Shown here: positions 1 to 10,600 of the stretch, one piece after another
Layout: each line of letters opens with the position of its first letter
How positions within the stretch are numbered: position 1 is the stretch's first letter
Origin: an uncultured Planctomycetota bacterium
GTDB lineage: Bacteria; Planctomycetota; Planctomycetia; Isosphaerales; Isosphaeraceae
Assembly (NCBI GenBank): GCA_963845755.1
Contig: CAWJTV010000036.1
Location: 448,001 to 512,000, forward strand
Direction: 5' to 3'
Length of the DNA: 64,000 bases
The notes under the pieces: model-generated
The model's input: the letters and a program-made list of their open reading frames with translations, nothing else
What the model was told of the DNA's origin: nothing
Databases searched by the model: none
Position numbers and translations under genes: made by a program

Positions 1-270
1 GCCGCTGGTCATCGTGCCGTTGGTGTCGTAGGAGGGCACCACGCAATACCAGCCCGCGGGGAATGTCCCGAAGGAGTCGTGATATTCCTGGGCAGCCAGA
101 TTGAGCTGCTTCAGGTTGTTCTGGCATTTCGTTCGGTTGGCGGCCTCGCGTGCGGCCTGCACGGCCGGCATGATCAGCGCCACCAGGACACCAATGATGG
201 CGATCACGACCAGAAGCTCAATCAGCGTGAAAGCCGGTCGTCGACGTCGATGCTCAAGTTCTCGGCGCAT
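1..270 (-). CDS. DUF1559 family prepilin-type N-terminal cleavage/methylation domain protein (runs off window edge)
   Basis: Manual translation from ATG at 270: [56 protein letters not shown]..., the hallmark planctomycete DUF1559 N-terminus; not in ORF track. Confidence 0.93.
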   Translation of the reverse strand, partial: MRRELEHRRRRPAFTLIELLVVIAIIGVLVALIMPAVQAAREAANRTKCQNNLKQLNLAAQEYHDSFGTFPAGWYCVVPSYDTNGTMTSG

Positions 271-524
271 CAGAGTTCCCTCATTTGCGGTTCCATCGGG
301 CGGTTTTCCCGTGCCTCGGCTCTCCAATATTCCAAGATACCATAGACCAATCGATCATTGCTAGCGTTCTCCACGGTCATTTGTCCTCTGCTGATGGCTA
401 CTGGCCATTCGTCCAAAAAGGAGGCCGATTCCTTCACCTGGGGGCTGGAAAAACCCCCGATGAAACGCGATCGACCCGGCCGACAAACGGTGCCATGGAT
501 GCCCGATGGACGAATGATCAATCG

Positions 525-1635
525 CTAAGGACGAAGATGAGAGCGGACGGCCCGGCCGACATCCGCGGTGGAGTCGTGTCCGCCGAGATCGGGCGTCCGG
601 GGTGACGGCTTCAACAAGACGTGCTTGACGGCGTCGCGGACCCGGCCGGCCGCCTCGGGGTGATCGAGGTGGTCGAGCATCATGGCCAGCGAGAGGATGG
701 CGGCCAGCGGATTGGCGATCCCCTTGCCGGCGATGTCGGGCGCCGAGCCGTGCACCGGCTCGAACATGCTGGGCGCCGTGCGATCCGGGTTGAGGTTGCC
801 GGAAGCGGCCAGGCCCATCCCGCCCTGGAGGACCGCGCCCAGGTCGGTGATGATGTCGCCGAACATGTTGGTCGTCACGATCACGTCGAAGCGTTCGGGG
901 CCGGCGATCATGCGCATGCAGCATGCATCCACATGCTGATAATCGCACTTGATATCCGGATAATCGCGGGCGGTTTCGGCGAAGGCGCGCATCCAGAGGT
1001 CGTGGGCGAAGGTCAGGACGTTGGTCTTGGCCACGAGCGTGAGCTGCCGGGTGAGGCCGGCCCGCCGGTCCGCCTGGGACAGGCCCCGGAACGCCCCAGC
1101 GGCGGCACGGCGCCGGGCCAGCTCGAACGCATAGCGGAGTGTCCGCTCGACCCCGGCGCGGGAATTGATCGAGGTCTGGATGGCGACCTCCTCGGGTGTC
1201 CCCTTGCGGAGGAAGCCCACCTGCGCCGACGTACAGGTCCTCGTTGTTCTCCCGGACGACGACCATGTCGACGTCCTCGGCGGTCTTGTCCCGGATCGGG
1301 CCCTCGACGCCGGGGAACAGGTGGATCGGACGGAGGTTGACGTACTGGTGGAAATCGAACCTCAGCCGCAGCAGGATTCCCCGCTCCAGCACCCCCGGCG
1401 GCACGTCCGGGTGTCCGACGGCGCCGAGCAGGATGGCGTCGGAGTCGCGAAGCTGGCGGACGGCCTCATCGGGGAGGACCTCTCCGGTCCGGAGGTAGCG
1501 CTCGCCGCCGATGTCCACGTGCGTGAGTTCGTAGGAGATCCCTTCCAGCCGTGCGACGGTGGCGAGCACCTCCAGGCTCTCGGCGATCACCTCCGGCCCG
1601 ACCCCATCTCCTGCCACCACGCCGACCTTGATCAA
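525..1635 (-). CDS. leuB: 3-isopropylmalate dehydrogenase (LeuB type 2-like); frameshift near 1218
   Basis: GDGVGPEV, ILLGAVG, VNLRP, VVRENNE in ORF 361..1998, continuing in ORF 525..1220 with NMFGDIITD and FEPVHGSAPDIAGKGIANP; start approximate. Confidence 0.85.
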
Positions 1636-1843
1636 GGCAGCCTCCCCGACATCCCGAGCCCGATCCCACCCGGGCGGCCGCCCCGAGGGATTGTCACCAA
1701 CAGGGGCCTGCGCCGTAGAATGGATCCGTGACCCGTAATGATAGCGGGCGTACCGCTGCGGCTCAAGTCTTCGTGCCTCCGCCCCGGATCCGGACGCGGC
1801 GGCCCTCCTTTCGGCGCGATTCGCGACGTTACCAGGATTTACG

Positions 1844-1871
1844 TTGACAATCCGATCGTGGGAAACATACT
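1844..1871 (+). promoter_or_regulatory. Putative sigma70 promoter for the kinase gene
   Basis: TTGACA-16 nt-CATACT in the divergent intergenic region. Confidence 0.4.
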
Positions 1872-2027
1872 TTGATGGACCTGGGCCGGAACGGGACTTC
1901 TCCCGCCCGGTGGATCCGTGGCCTCGGTCCACCCCGGCGGACGCGGCGAGCGGCCTGATCCTGTTGAGTTGAATCGCACCGATCGATCGTTCCACCATCT
2001 CGCATCCGTACTGAGGGAGACGGCTTC

Positions 2028-3329
2028 ATGGCCACTCCGGTCGAGAGCAACACATCCGCCAAGGATCCGCGGGGATTCTCCGGCCTCGATGAATCCCAAC
2101 TCGAGAAGTCGATCATTCGCCGCGGGTTGGCGACCCCCGCGGAGGTCGAGGCGTGCAAGTCCCAGCGCAAGCAGATGGTTGCCAAAGAGAAGGACGATCC
2201 GCCCAAGAGCCTCCTAGAGATCATGGTCGAGGCCAGGGTCCTGACCCGCAGCCAGATGGTGCGGCTGATGCAGGAGTCCGGCGAGACCACCAAGAAATTC
2301 CAGATCCCCGGCTACCAGGTCATGTCCAAGATCGGCAAGGGCTCGATGGGGGTCGTCTACAAGGCCAAGCAAATCAGCGTCGATCGGGTCGTGGCCATCA
2401 AAATCCTGCTCGACACCCTGGCCCAGAACAAGGAATTCATCAAGCGGTTCGAACGCGAGGCCAAGATCGCCGCCCGGCTCTCCCACAATAACGTCGTCAA
2501 TGCCATCGATGCCGGCGAGGTCGACGGCCATTACTTCTTTGTCATGGAATACGTCGAGGGGCCCACCATCAAGGATTACCTCGACAAGAACAAGACCTTC
2601 GAGGAAAAGGAGGCCCTCCGGATCGTCATGGCCGTGGCCGAGGCGCTCAAGCACGCGCACTCGCGCGGATTGATCCATCGTGACATCAAGCCCGAGAACG
2701 TCATCCTCACCAAGGATGGCAACGTCAAGCTCGCCGACCTCGGCCTGGCGCGGATCACCGACGACGAGAAGTGGGGACTCTCCGAGGCCGGCATGGCCAT
2801 CGGCACGCCGTATTACATCAGTCCCGAGCAAGTTCGTGGCCAGACGAACATCGACATCCGGGCCGATATCTACAGCCTGGGTGCCACGCTTTATCACATG
2901 GTCACCGGGCGGGTCCCCTATGGTGGCGAGACGCCCACCGAAGTGATGCGTAAGCACGTCGATCCCAATATTGCGTTCGTCCCGCCGGACCACCTCAATA
3001 CCAACCTCTCCGGCGGCCTGGGAATGGTCGTGGAGACCATGATGGCCAAGAACCGCGAGCACCGGTATCACTCGCCCGATGACCTGATCCTCGACCTGAA
3101 ATGCCTCATGCGGGATGAGAGCCCCATGATCGCTGGCCAGAAGCCCGAGACCCTCGAAGCCCTCGCCGAAGGGGAATCCGACGGGATGTACGTGCCCCAG
3201 GCGGCCAGCGAAGACCAGATGGTCGAGATGGCATCCTACGTCAACAATCGCAATCACATCATCGCCACCATGGCAATGATCCTGGCCGTCTCGGTCATCA
3301 CGAACGTGATCCTGCTGGTCGTGCGGTGA
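2028..3329 (+). CDS. Hanks-type Ser/Thr protein kinase with C-terminal membrane anchor
   Basis: [41 protein letters not shown]; hydrophobic C-terminus. Confidence 0.95.
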   Translation: MATPVESNTSAKDPRGFSGLDESQLEKSIIRRGLATPAEVEACKSQRKQMVAKEKDDPPKSLLEIMVEARVLTRSQMVRLMQESGETTKKFQIPGYQVMSKIGKGSMGVVYKAKQISVDRVVAIKILLDTLAQNKEFIKRFEREAKIAARLSHNNVVNAIDAGEVDGHYFFVMEYVEGPTIKDYLDKNKTFEEKEALRIVMAVAEALKHAHSRGLIHRDIKPENVILTKDGNVKLADLGLARITDDEKWGLSEAGMAIGTPYYISPEQVRGQTNIDIRADIYSLGATLYHMVTGRVPYGGETPTEVMRKHVDPNIAFVPPDHLNTNLSGGLGMVVETMMAKNREHRYHSPDDLILDLKCLMRDESPMIAGQKPETLEALAEGESDGMYVPQAASEDQMVEMASYVNNRNHIIATMAMILAVSVITNVILLVVR

Positions 3330-3342
3330 GACGGCCGATCAC

Positions 3343-3405
3343 GGAAGGCTGAAGGATGAAGGCTGAACCAAGGTCGGCCTCGTTCTGGCTCATCCTTCAT
3401 CCTTC
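3343..3405. repeat. Inverted heptamer tandem repeat (AAGGMTG)n/(CATCCTT)n
   Basis: aaggctgaaggatgaaggctgaa ... ctcatccttcatccttc just after the kinase stop. Confidence 0.7.
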
Positions 3406-3541
3406 GGAATCGGTCATCGGGACGAGGAGTGTCCGTGAGGGCCTTTCCCGCGCCGGAGCGGAGATCCGGCGAATTCGGGACCCCATATCGAATAACCGAG
3501 CGGTCGTGAGAGTCAGAAAATATCAGGGACGAGTCGCAGGC

Positions 3542-3850
3542 TCAGTTCTTGCTGAAGTCGAAGGAACGGATGGCGTCCTTCCCCAGGGGATCCTTCAAGA
3601 ACTTGTGGTGACAGCAGGCGCAAAGATCGAAACGGAACCCTTTGTGCAGCGGGGTGGCGAGGTCTTCGGAAACGAGGGCCTCGTCGCGCTGAAGGATTTG
3701 AGCAACCGCTTCCATCGGATCGTCGTCCAGGTCATCCTCCTTGATTTCCGTCGGGTCGAAGCCGGGATAGGCTTCAATCTTGACCACATATCGGCCGTCG
3801 CCGGTAGCGCTCAAGTCCTTTCCGCAGAGATCGCACGTGAAGTGGACCAT
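3542..3850 (-). CDS. Small hypothetical protein, probable Zn-binding (CxxC...CxxC)
   Basis: MVHFTCDLCGK...FDLCACCHHKF...FDFSKN; GC-rich third codon positions. Confidence 0.75.
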   Translation of the reverse strand: MVHFTCDLCGKDLSATGDGRYVVKIEAYPGFDPTEIKEDDLDDDPMEAVAQILQRDEALVSEDLATPLHKGFRFDLCACCHHKFLKDPLGKDAIRSFDFSKN

Positions 3851-3967
3851 CAGGGATTCATCCCTCAGTGTGATGAGCCGGTCATCGAGTCCGGAAGAGG
3901 TCATTCACCCGATTCTAACTCGGGGGCTCGGGTCCGTCCAAGCCCCTCTTCGTGTTATTCCACAAAT

Positions 3968-6277
3968 TCAAAACGACCGGATTCCTGTCAAGACGAGAAT
4001 CGTGCAGGCCAGCGCGACGGCGGAGATCCAGCCGCCGATCCGGATCTCGGCCGGGTCGTATTCCAGGATGATCTGGTGCTGACCGTGAGGTGACCGGACG
4101 GCCAGGAACGGGCCCGGACCGTGCTCGATGGCGACAGGCCGGCCGTCGAGGCGGGCGGTCCAGCCGGGGTCCCAGGTCTCGCGGACGGTAATCCGGTCGG
4201 GGGCGGAAGTTCGGATCCGGATCACCGCCCGGCCCGGCTGATGGGAACACGCGAGTTCGGCCGCCTTCGATCCCGCCTCGGCCCAGGGTTTGGCGTCGAG
4301 CCAGGCGATCCAGACGCGGCCGACCTTCTCGACGCGTTCGAAGGCTCCGGCCGGCGGCGGTTGCGCCGCGACGATCGCGCCGACCCCCGACTCGCACAGG
4401 CGGTCGCGTCCCCGGATCGCCGACTCCCACCTGAGGTCGCGCCGGCTCGTCTGATCGGAGCCGGAAGCTTCATAGATCGGGTCGAACCACGCCAGGCTGC
4501 TTGCCAACTCGACCGAGTCGTAGTTCCGCGGGTCGGAGAGGCCGAACCGCATGAGGACGCCGGGCGGCAGTTCTTCGCCCAGGCCGATCGCCCGGCCTTC
4601 CGGCGGCAGTCCCTGGCGCAACCGCGCGATCACCGGCGGCTCGAAATCATGCAACGCCGGCGCGAGCGCCGGGTTGAGCTCGAACCCGAAGAGACCCAGC
4701 TCGACCAGGGTCATGCCCAGCAGCGACGGAGGCAACCAGTCCGCAGATCGCCCCGTGCGCCTCACGAAGATCGCCAGCGCGACCAGGAGGCCGAGCTCCG
4801 CCGCGGCCAGGCCATAGACGCGCGGGATCACCTCCAGGGCCCTCCCCACCTGCCGCTCGGCGCGCCGGCGGTACGCGGCCGGGTCGGCGCCCGCGGTCGA
4901 GACCGCGGCCCGTTCGTAATGTGCGAAGGCCCGGGCGCGGAGAGATGGCTCGAACGCCGTGATCGCCAACGCCGATGTCCCCAGGCCGGCCGCACCGACG
5001 ATCCCGACCGCGATCCAGCCTCGTGGGAGGCGGAACGACTCGCCCAGATGATCGAGCCCGATCCCGCCGAGGATCGTCAACCCGAAGGCGACCCAGAGGG
5101 TGAGCCGCCGGTTGTCGATGACGTCGATGACGGGGATCGCCCGCAGCAGGTTGTCGACCGGCGGCAGGCGAAACGCCCCCAGTGCGCCGATCGCCACCAT
5201 CCCCGCGAGAAACGCAACGCGGGGCGATTGTCGCCGAACGGCCAGCGCCAAGGGTGCCAGCCAGAACAGGGTCGCCAGCCCGGCGAAGCCGCCGGCCGAC
5301 TCGTTCAGGTTATGCACGCCCAGGGCGCGCGCCAGGTTCGGATGCCCGCGACGCTGGCTCCCGTAAGCGTAGGGAATCGCCGTACAGACGGTGTCGAGCC
5401 ATCGCGGCGGGACCACAGTCCACCAGGCCGCTTTGTCGCGCTGGCGATCGCCCCAGACCGGGCTCTTCGCCAGGTAGGCCGCCAGGGGCAGGATCTGCAC
5501 GGCCGCGATCGCGATCCCGAGCGCCGTCCCACCGATCCACGCCAGCCCGACGCGACGTGTTGCGAACCCCAGACGACGACTGCGATTGACCTGCCAGAGG
5601 CCATAGAGCCCGCCGGCAAGCAGCACGTGGGCGCTGGTCTGGATATGTCCGCCCAGCAAGACCAGCGCCGTCACGACCGCCAGGACGCCCGCCGATCTCG
5701 GGCCAGGAGCCTGGAACGCGCGATCGGTGGCCAGGAAGAGCCAGGGCATCCAGATCGCGACCGCGGTCACGGGAAACAGCAGCCAGACGATCAGGAAGCC
5801 ACAGAATGGATAGACCAACCCGGCGAACCATCGCCCCCAGAATCCCAGCCCCCAGCCGCGCGCCAGTAGAAACATCCCCAGACCGGCGGCCCACAACCGC
5901 CCGGCGGCGATCCAGGCGTACGCCAGTGGCGTCGGACCCAGGTAGGCGAACAGATGAAAGGGATCGAACACCGCGCTCTGGCCATTGGCCAGATGCGGCG
6001 TACCACAACCGGCGTGGCTATTCCAGAGCGGCAGCCGGCCGCTCCGCACCATCCGCCGATTGAACTCCAGCCAGGGTTGAAACTGGAGCACCGGGTCCAT
6101 CAACAATCGGTTGGCCGGCTCGTATTCCCCAGGTTCCTCACCCCGGAAACTGGCGGAGACGAACAAGACATCGGCTGGACTGAGCACCTTACCGCCGATC
6201 AGCGACTCATGAAAGAACGCCGACACGCAGCCGCCCAGTACCAGGACGAATGCCAGGGTTTCCCGGAACGAAGACAC
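3968..6277 (-). CDS. YfhO-like polytopic membrane protein (putative GT-C glycosyltransferase)
   Basis: 769 aa, many TM segments, LPLWNSHAGCGTPHLAN motif and C-terminal WDPGWTARLDG...G.HQIILEY typical of YfhO-like proteins. Confidence 0.8.
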   Translation of the reverse strand: MSSFRETLAFVLVLGGCVSAFFHESLIGGKVLSPADVLFVSASFRGEEPGEYEPANRLLMDPVLQFQPWLEFNRRMVRSGRLPLWNSHAGCGTPHLANGQSAVFDPFHLFAYLGPTPLAYAWIAAGRLWAAGLGMFLLARGWGLGFWGRWFAGLVYPFCGFLIVWLLFPVTAVAIWMPWLFLATDRAFQAPGPRSAGVLAVVTALVLLGGHIQTSAHVLLAGGLYGLWQVNRSRRLGFATRRVGLAWIGGTALGIAIAAVQILPLAAYLAKSPVWGDRQRDKAAWWTVVPPRWLDTVCTAIPYAYGSQRRGHPNLARALGVHNLNESAGGFAGLATLFWLAPLALAVRRQSPRVAFLAGMVAIGALGAFRLPPVDNLLRAIPVIDVIDNRRLTLWVAFGLTILGGIGLDHLGESFRLPRGWIAVGIVGAAGLGTSALAITAFEPSLRARAFAHYERAAVSTAGADPAAYRRRAERQVGRALEVIPRVYGLAAAELGLLVALAIFVRRTGRSADWLPPSLLGMTLVELGLFGFELNPALAPALHDFEPPVIARLRQGLPPEGRAIGLGEELPPGVLMRFGLSDPRNYDSVELASSLAWFDPIYEASGSDQTSRRDLRWESAIRGRDRLCESGVGAIVAAQPPPAGAFERVEKVGRVWIAWLDAKPWAEAGSKAAELACSHQPGRAVIRIRTSAPDRITVRETWDPGWTARLDGRPVAIEHGPGPFLAVRSPHGQHQIILEYDPAEIRIGGWISAVALACTILVLTGIRSF

Positions 6278-6666
6278 GATCGGGTGCCTCCCTGCGTGTG
6301 AGCAGTTGCCCTTCCTGGGCGGTCGGAGACTGGTCGACTGAACCTCGCCTCATGGGATCGTGTGAGTCTGCCCGGTCACGGGGTTCTCGAATCGCTCCGG
6401 CTCGGGGAGTACGCTCAAAATCAACTCTCTGAGATCTGCAGTCTCATCCGGGTCGCGGGTGCGATTGCGTTTCACGGCCCCGATAGTTCCTCCTCTTCCG
6501 TTTGCAGTGACGGCACGTCGGACGCCATCGCATTCTATGTCCCTTGTCGAAAACCCGCAATTCGGGTTGAGGAAACCGGTCTATGGCATCTCGCCTGTCG
6601 CGGGCAGGGTTTGGTATAAGCAACGTGCGGGTTGGTCTTTTCATCCCCTCGGAGGCCCCAGTATCC

Positions 6667-7158
6667 ATGGCCTACTGGTTGTTCAAGTCGGAGCCCACAG
6701 CCTATTCGTTCGCGGACTTGCTGGCCGATCCGGATCAAACGACGGGGTGGGACGGCGTGCGGAATTACCAGGCGCGGAACTTCCTCCGCGACCAGGTGAA
6801 GCCCGGTGACGGCGTGCTGTTTTACCACTCCGGTGCCGATCCGCCGGCCATCGCCGGGATTGCGGAAGTCGTCCAGGCCGGGCATCCCGATCCCACGGCC
6901 TTCGACCCGAAGGACAGCCATTACGACCCCAAGAGCAACCGTGCCAACCCCACGTGGTACCAGGTATCGATCAAGGCCGTCCGGCCGATCGACCCGCCGC
7001 TGGACCTGCCATCCCTCGGGCGAGTTCCCGAACTGGCCGGGATGGAGTTGCTCCGCAAAGGAAGCCGGCTCTCGGTCCAGCCGGTGACACCCGACCAGTG
7101 GAAGACGATTCTTGCGCTGGTAAAATCCAAGCCGAAGCGCGGATCCGCGAGGAAGTAG
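6667..7158 (+). CDS. EVE domain-containing protein
   Basis: MAYWLFKSEP, WDGVRNYQARNFLR, FYHS, YDPKS, RLSVQPV. Confidence 0.95.
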   Translation: MAYWLFKSEPTAYSFADLLADPDQTTGWDGVRNYQARNFLRDQVKPGDGVLFYHSGADPPAIAGIAEVVQAGHPDPTAFDPKDSHYDPKSNRANPTWYQVSIKAVRPIDPPLDLPSLGRVPELAGMELLRKGSRLSVQPVTPDQWKTILALVKSKPKRGSARK

Positions 7159-7211
7159 CCCTGTGGACTCGGGAATCTCGCATCCGGAATCGTCACTCGG
7201 GAACCTCAACC

Positions 7212-7592
7212 ATGTCCAGGATCGAGCACTTTGCGGTCTATGCCGACGACTCCACGGCCCTCAAGGACTTCTACGTCCAGGCGTTGGGACTCCACGTGAT
7301 CGTGGAGAGCGGCGGTGATCCGCCGGGATACTTCCTCGCCGACGATCAGGGTATGGCGATCGAAGTCCTGGGCCGTCCCGCCGGCTCGCCGGAAGTCAAC
7401 CAGCGCTGGGTTTGCCACCTGGCGATCTGGGTCGACGACTTCGCGGCGAAGCGGACCGAGCTCGAGCGACTCGGGATGACCTTCGAGACGGAGACCCTCG
7501 TCGACAACGACGAGATCAAGACCGGTTTCTTCAAGGATCCGGCCGGTAACCGCTGCCAGATCGTCTGGAGACTCAGGGCACTCGGGAAATGA
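7212..7592 (+). CDS. VOC/glyoxalase family protein
   Basis: IEHFAVY...KDFYVQALGL...HLAIWVDD...FFKDPAGN. Confidence 0.9.
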   Translation: MSRIEHFAVYADDSTALKDFYVQALGLHVIVESGGDPPGYFLADDQGMAIEVLGRPAGSPEVNQRWVCHLAIWVDDFAAKRTELERLGMTFETETLVDNDEIKTGFFKDPAGNRCQIVWRLRALGK

Positions 7593-7695
7593 CCACCCGT
7601 ATATGGGTTCCACCTGATAACAGGTGGAGGAACAGGTGGAGCAATCGTACACTAGATTCATCGGCGTCAATACCGCAAATATTACATTATCATAT

Positions 7696-10600
7696 TCACA
7701 GAATATCGTATCTCGTAGACAACCCATTCGTCGATCGTTCGGGAACGCCCGGCCGATTCGCGGCGAGCCGGTCCGGTGTTTTCTTCCCATGGGGACTCGA
7801 GGGCGATGGCCAAGCGTCCATAGTTGCAAGTGCCGAGTCCACGGACGCCGCCTGGCGTACCGACGTCCTCGACCCGGCCAAGATGGCGGGCAGCCACTCC
7901 CGAGTGACCGAGGTAGCCTGCACCCGCGTCTTGGCGGCTGCGCGGGGGTGGACCCAGTCGGCCAGGGCTGCATCGTGGGCGGCGTTCTGATCGAGCGGCG
8001 TCCAGCCGATGGCCGGGTCACTCGGGCCCGGGACGGATCCCTCAGGCGTGGCGGAGACGTCGGCCAGGCTTTTCAGGTGGACTCCATCGTGGCCGTCTAC
8101 CACGAGCGAGCTCAGCCAGTTCAGGTTGTGCGCCGTCATGGTCCGGTCGGCCACGCCTGCCGCCCGCAGTCTGTTGCTCGGCTCATCGAAATCGCCACCG
8201 GTCGCGCCGATCACATCGAACACGCTGAAGACATCGATCGGACCATCGCCAGTCGTTCCCGTGTTGACCAGCGTTGCATCCTGTAACGGGCCGACGCCCG
8301 GCCCCGAGTACGTCGTGCCGGACCCCTGATAGGCCATCAGGTCGGGCACCAGCAGGTTGGCCACCGGAGTGCCCAACCCGGTCACCAGGTTATAGCCGGA
8401 GTTGGCGCTGAAGCCGTTGTTGCCGCTGTTGATGACGTTGTAGTCACTCTGGGGCAGCGTGTAGAGGGCTTGCTGGGCTTCTGTCGGACTGGAGCTGTTG
8501 AGGCTCGGTTCACTCGCGGCCGAACGCCCCTGGTTGACCAGGGCGACCAGGGCTGCCCAGGCGGGTGCCGCTAGGCTCGTGCCGCCCACGACCTCGAACG
8601 GATTGCTGGGGTCCAGATTGTACGGGTCGGCGATCCAGGCGCCGGTGGCCGGGTCGGCGACCAGCGCGACGTCGGGCGTGGTCCGGTTGCCCGTGGATTG
8701 GACGCCCTGTTGGTAGGATGGCTCGGGTTCGTAGAGACTGATCCCGCCGCCCGAGCCGATGAAAGTCCCCGCGGAATCGGAGTCATCGCCCCATCCGATT
8801 TCGCTGTCGTAGGAGTTATCGGCGTTGAGCATGAGGCTCGTGCCGCCGACGGCCACCACGTTCGGCGAGAACGCGGGATACTCGGGATCGGCCGCGCCAT
8901 AGTCGCCGGTGCTGGCGACGAACGTCACGCCGGGTACGTTGAACACGCTGTCATACGTCGCCTCATCGGCGGCGAAGACGGCCTGACCTTCGGGGAATCC
9001 CCAGCTCATCGACACCACCGACACGCCCGGCTGGATGGCCGCCGTCGCCACACTGGCCATCAAGTCGGACAGCGACTGGCTATTGGCCTCGACCAGGATG
9101 ATCTGCGCCCCGGCGCGATGGCATGGGCCCACTCGACATCGAGCGCTTCCTCCACTTCCCAGTTGTCGGAGCCGGGACCGTTCGGGTCGGTGGAAGGCAG
9201 GGAGGTCGATTGGCCACTTTGATTGAGGACGGTCAGGAACGACGAAGCCGGCCCGTACTGAGCATACAGCGACGGGCCGGAGCCGGTCAGGCCGAACTGG
9301 GAATCGAAGGCATCCAGGGCCGCGTAGATGGCCGGATCGTCGTAAGCATCGACGATCGCGATGGTCTGGCCGGTGCCGTCCTGAGTTAGCATGTTGATCC
9401 CATAAGCATCGCGGATCTGGGCCGGCGTGTAGGCGACTGTTCCCGAAGGTGAATCGAGTGTCGCGACGTTGGCCACGCCGTTGCCGCTGATCGCCAGCGT
9501 GTCGACGATCAGGGCCGCGTTGAGCTGGGAGTTGCCGCTCTCGGAGAGCGCGGCCGCCGGCGCGTAGATCGTGCCGGTCATCCCCGAGGCGTTGCCGCTG
9601 ATGGTCAGGGCCTTGCTATTTTCGCGGGTCTGGAAGATCACGATGCCGGCGTAGGTCCCTGTGGTCGGCGGGGAGAGATTATACGAGCCGTTGCCGCTGA
9701 GCGTGATGCTGCCATAGGTCCCGCCCGTGCTCGGGTAGTCGCTGCCGGCATTGACGATCAACACCCCCGAGCCCTTGACGCTGGCATTGCCCGAGATGGA
9801 GAAGCCGCCCCCCTCGATGATGTACGTTCCGCTGTTCATGGTCAGGCTGGCGTTGCCCGAGAGCGTGATCCCGATGTAGATCCCCGGCTTGATCGTCGCG
9901 GACGAGTTCCCGCTCAGGCTCTCGGAGCCATAGTTGGTCATGCCGGACGTGCTCGGCTCCGCGAGCGACGCGAGGGGATCGGTAACGGTCGCCACTCCCA
10001 TGGTCGGTGCGGGGCTGAAGCTCGCGTTGCCGCTCTTCTGGACTCCGCCGTGCACGTCGATGAGAGAGGCTTTCACCGAGGCGTTGCCGCTGGCCGACAG
10101 GGCGCTCGATGAGCTGGAATCGACGTAGACCCCGCCGCCGATCTTGATGCTGGCATTCCCGGAGAGGCTCAGCGCCCCGCCGGCCGAGGGATCGAGGACG
10201 AAGATTGTCTGGCCGATCGTGACCGTGCCGGTGCTGCCGGTGCTGGTCAGGAAGTTGGCGTCTCCCGAGTATGTGGCCCTGATGATGTGGGAGCCGGCCG
10301 CCAGGCTCGTCGTCGAGAACGTGGTTGTCCCGGATGAGAGTGCCACGCCCCCGGGCGTCAGGTCGGTACTGGTGCTGGTTTCGTAGAAGTTGACCGTTCC
10401 GGTCGGCGTGCCCGCACCCGGCGCATTGGCGGTGACCGTAGCCGTGAACGTCACAGCCTGCCCGACGTTCGCAAAGCCCGGCGATACACTTGCCGAGGTC
10501 GTCGTATTGTCCTTGGAGACCGCCTGAGGCAACACGCTCGAAGTGCTGGTGTTGAAATTAGCGTCGCCGCCGTAGACAGCCGTGATCGACTGGTTGTTCC

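Noticed and set aside
2214..3257. Long antisense ORFs (e.g. 2214..3257, 4121..5869, 16249..17985, 31076..32836, 33528..35147, 55870..57210, 61295..62509)
   Set aside because: Shadow frames opposite well-supported genes, expected in high-GC DNA
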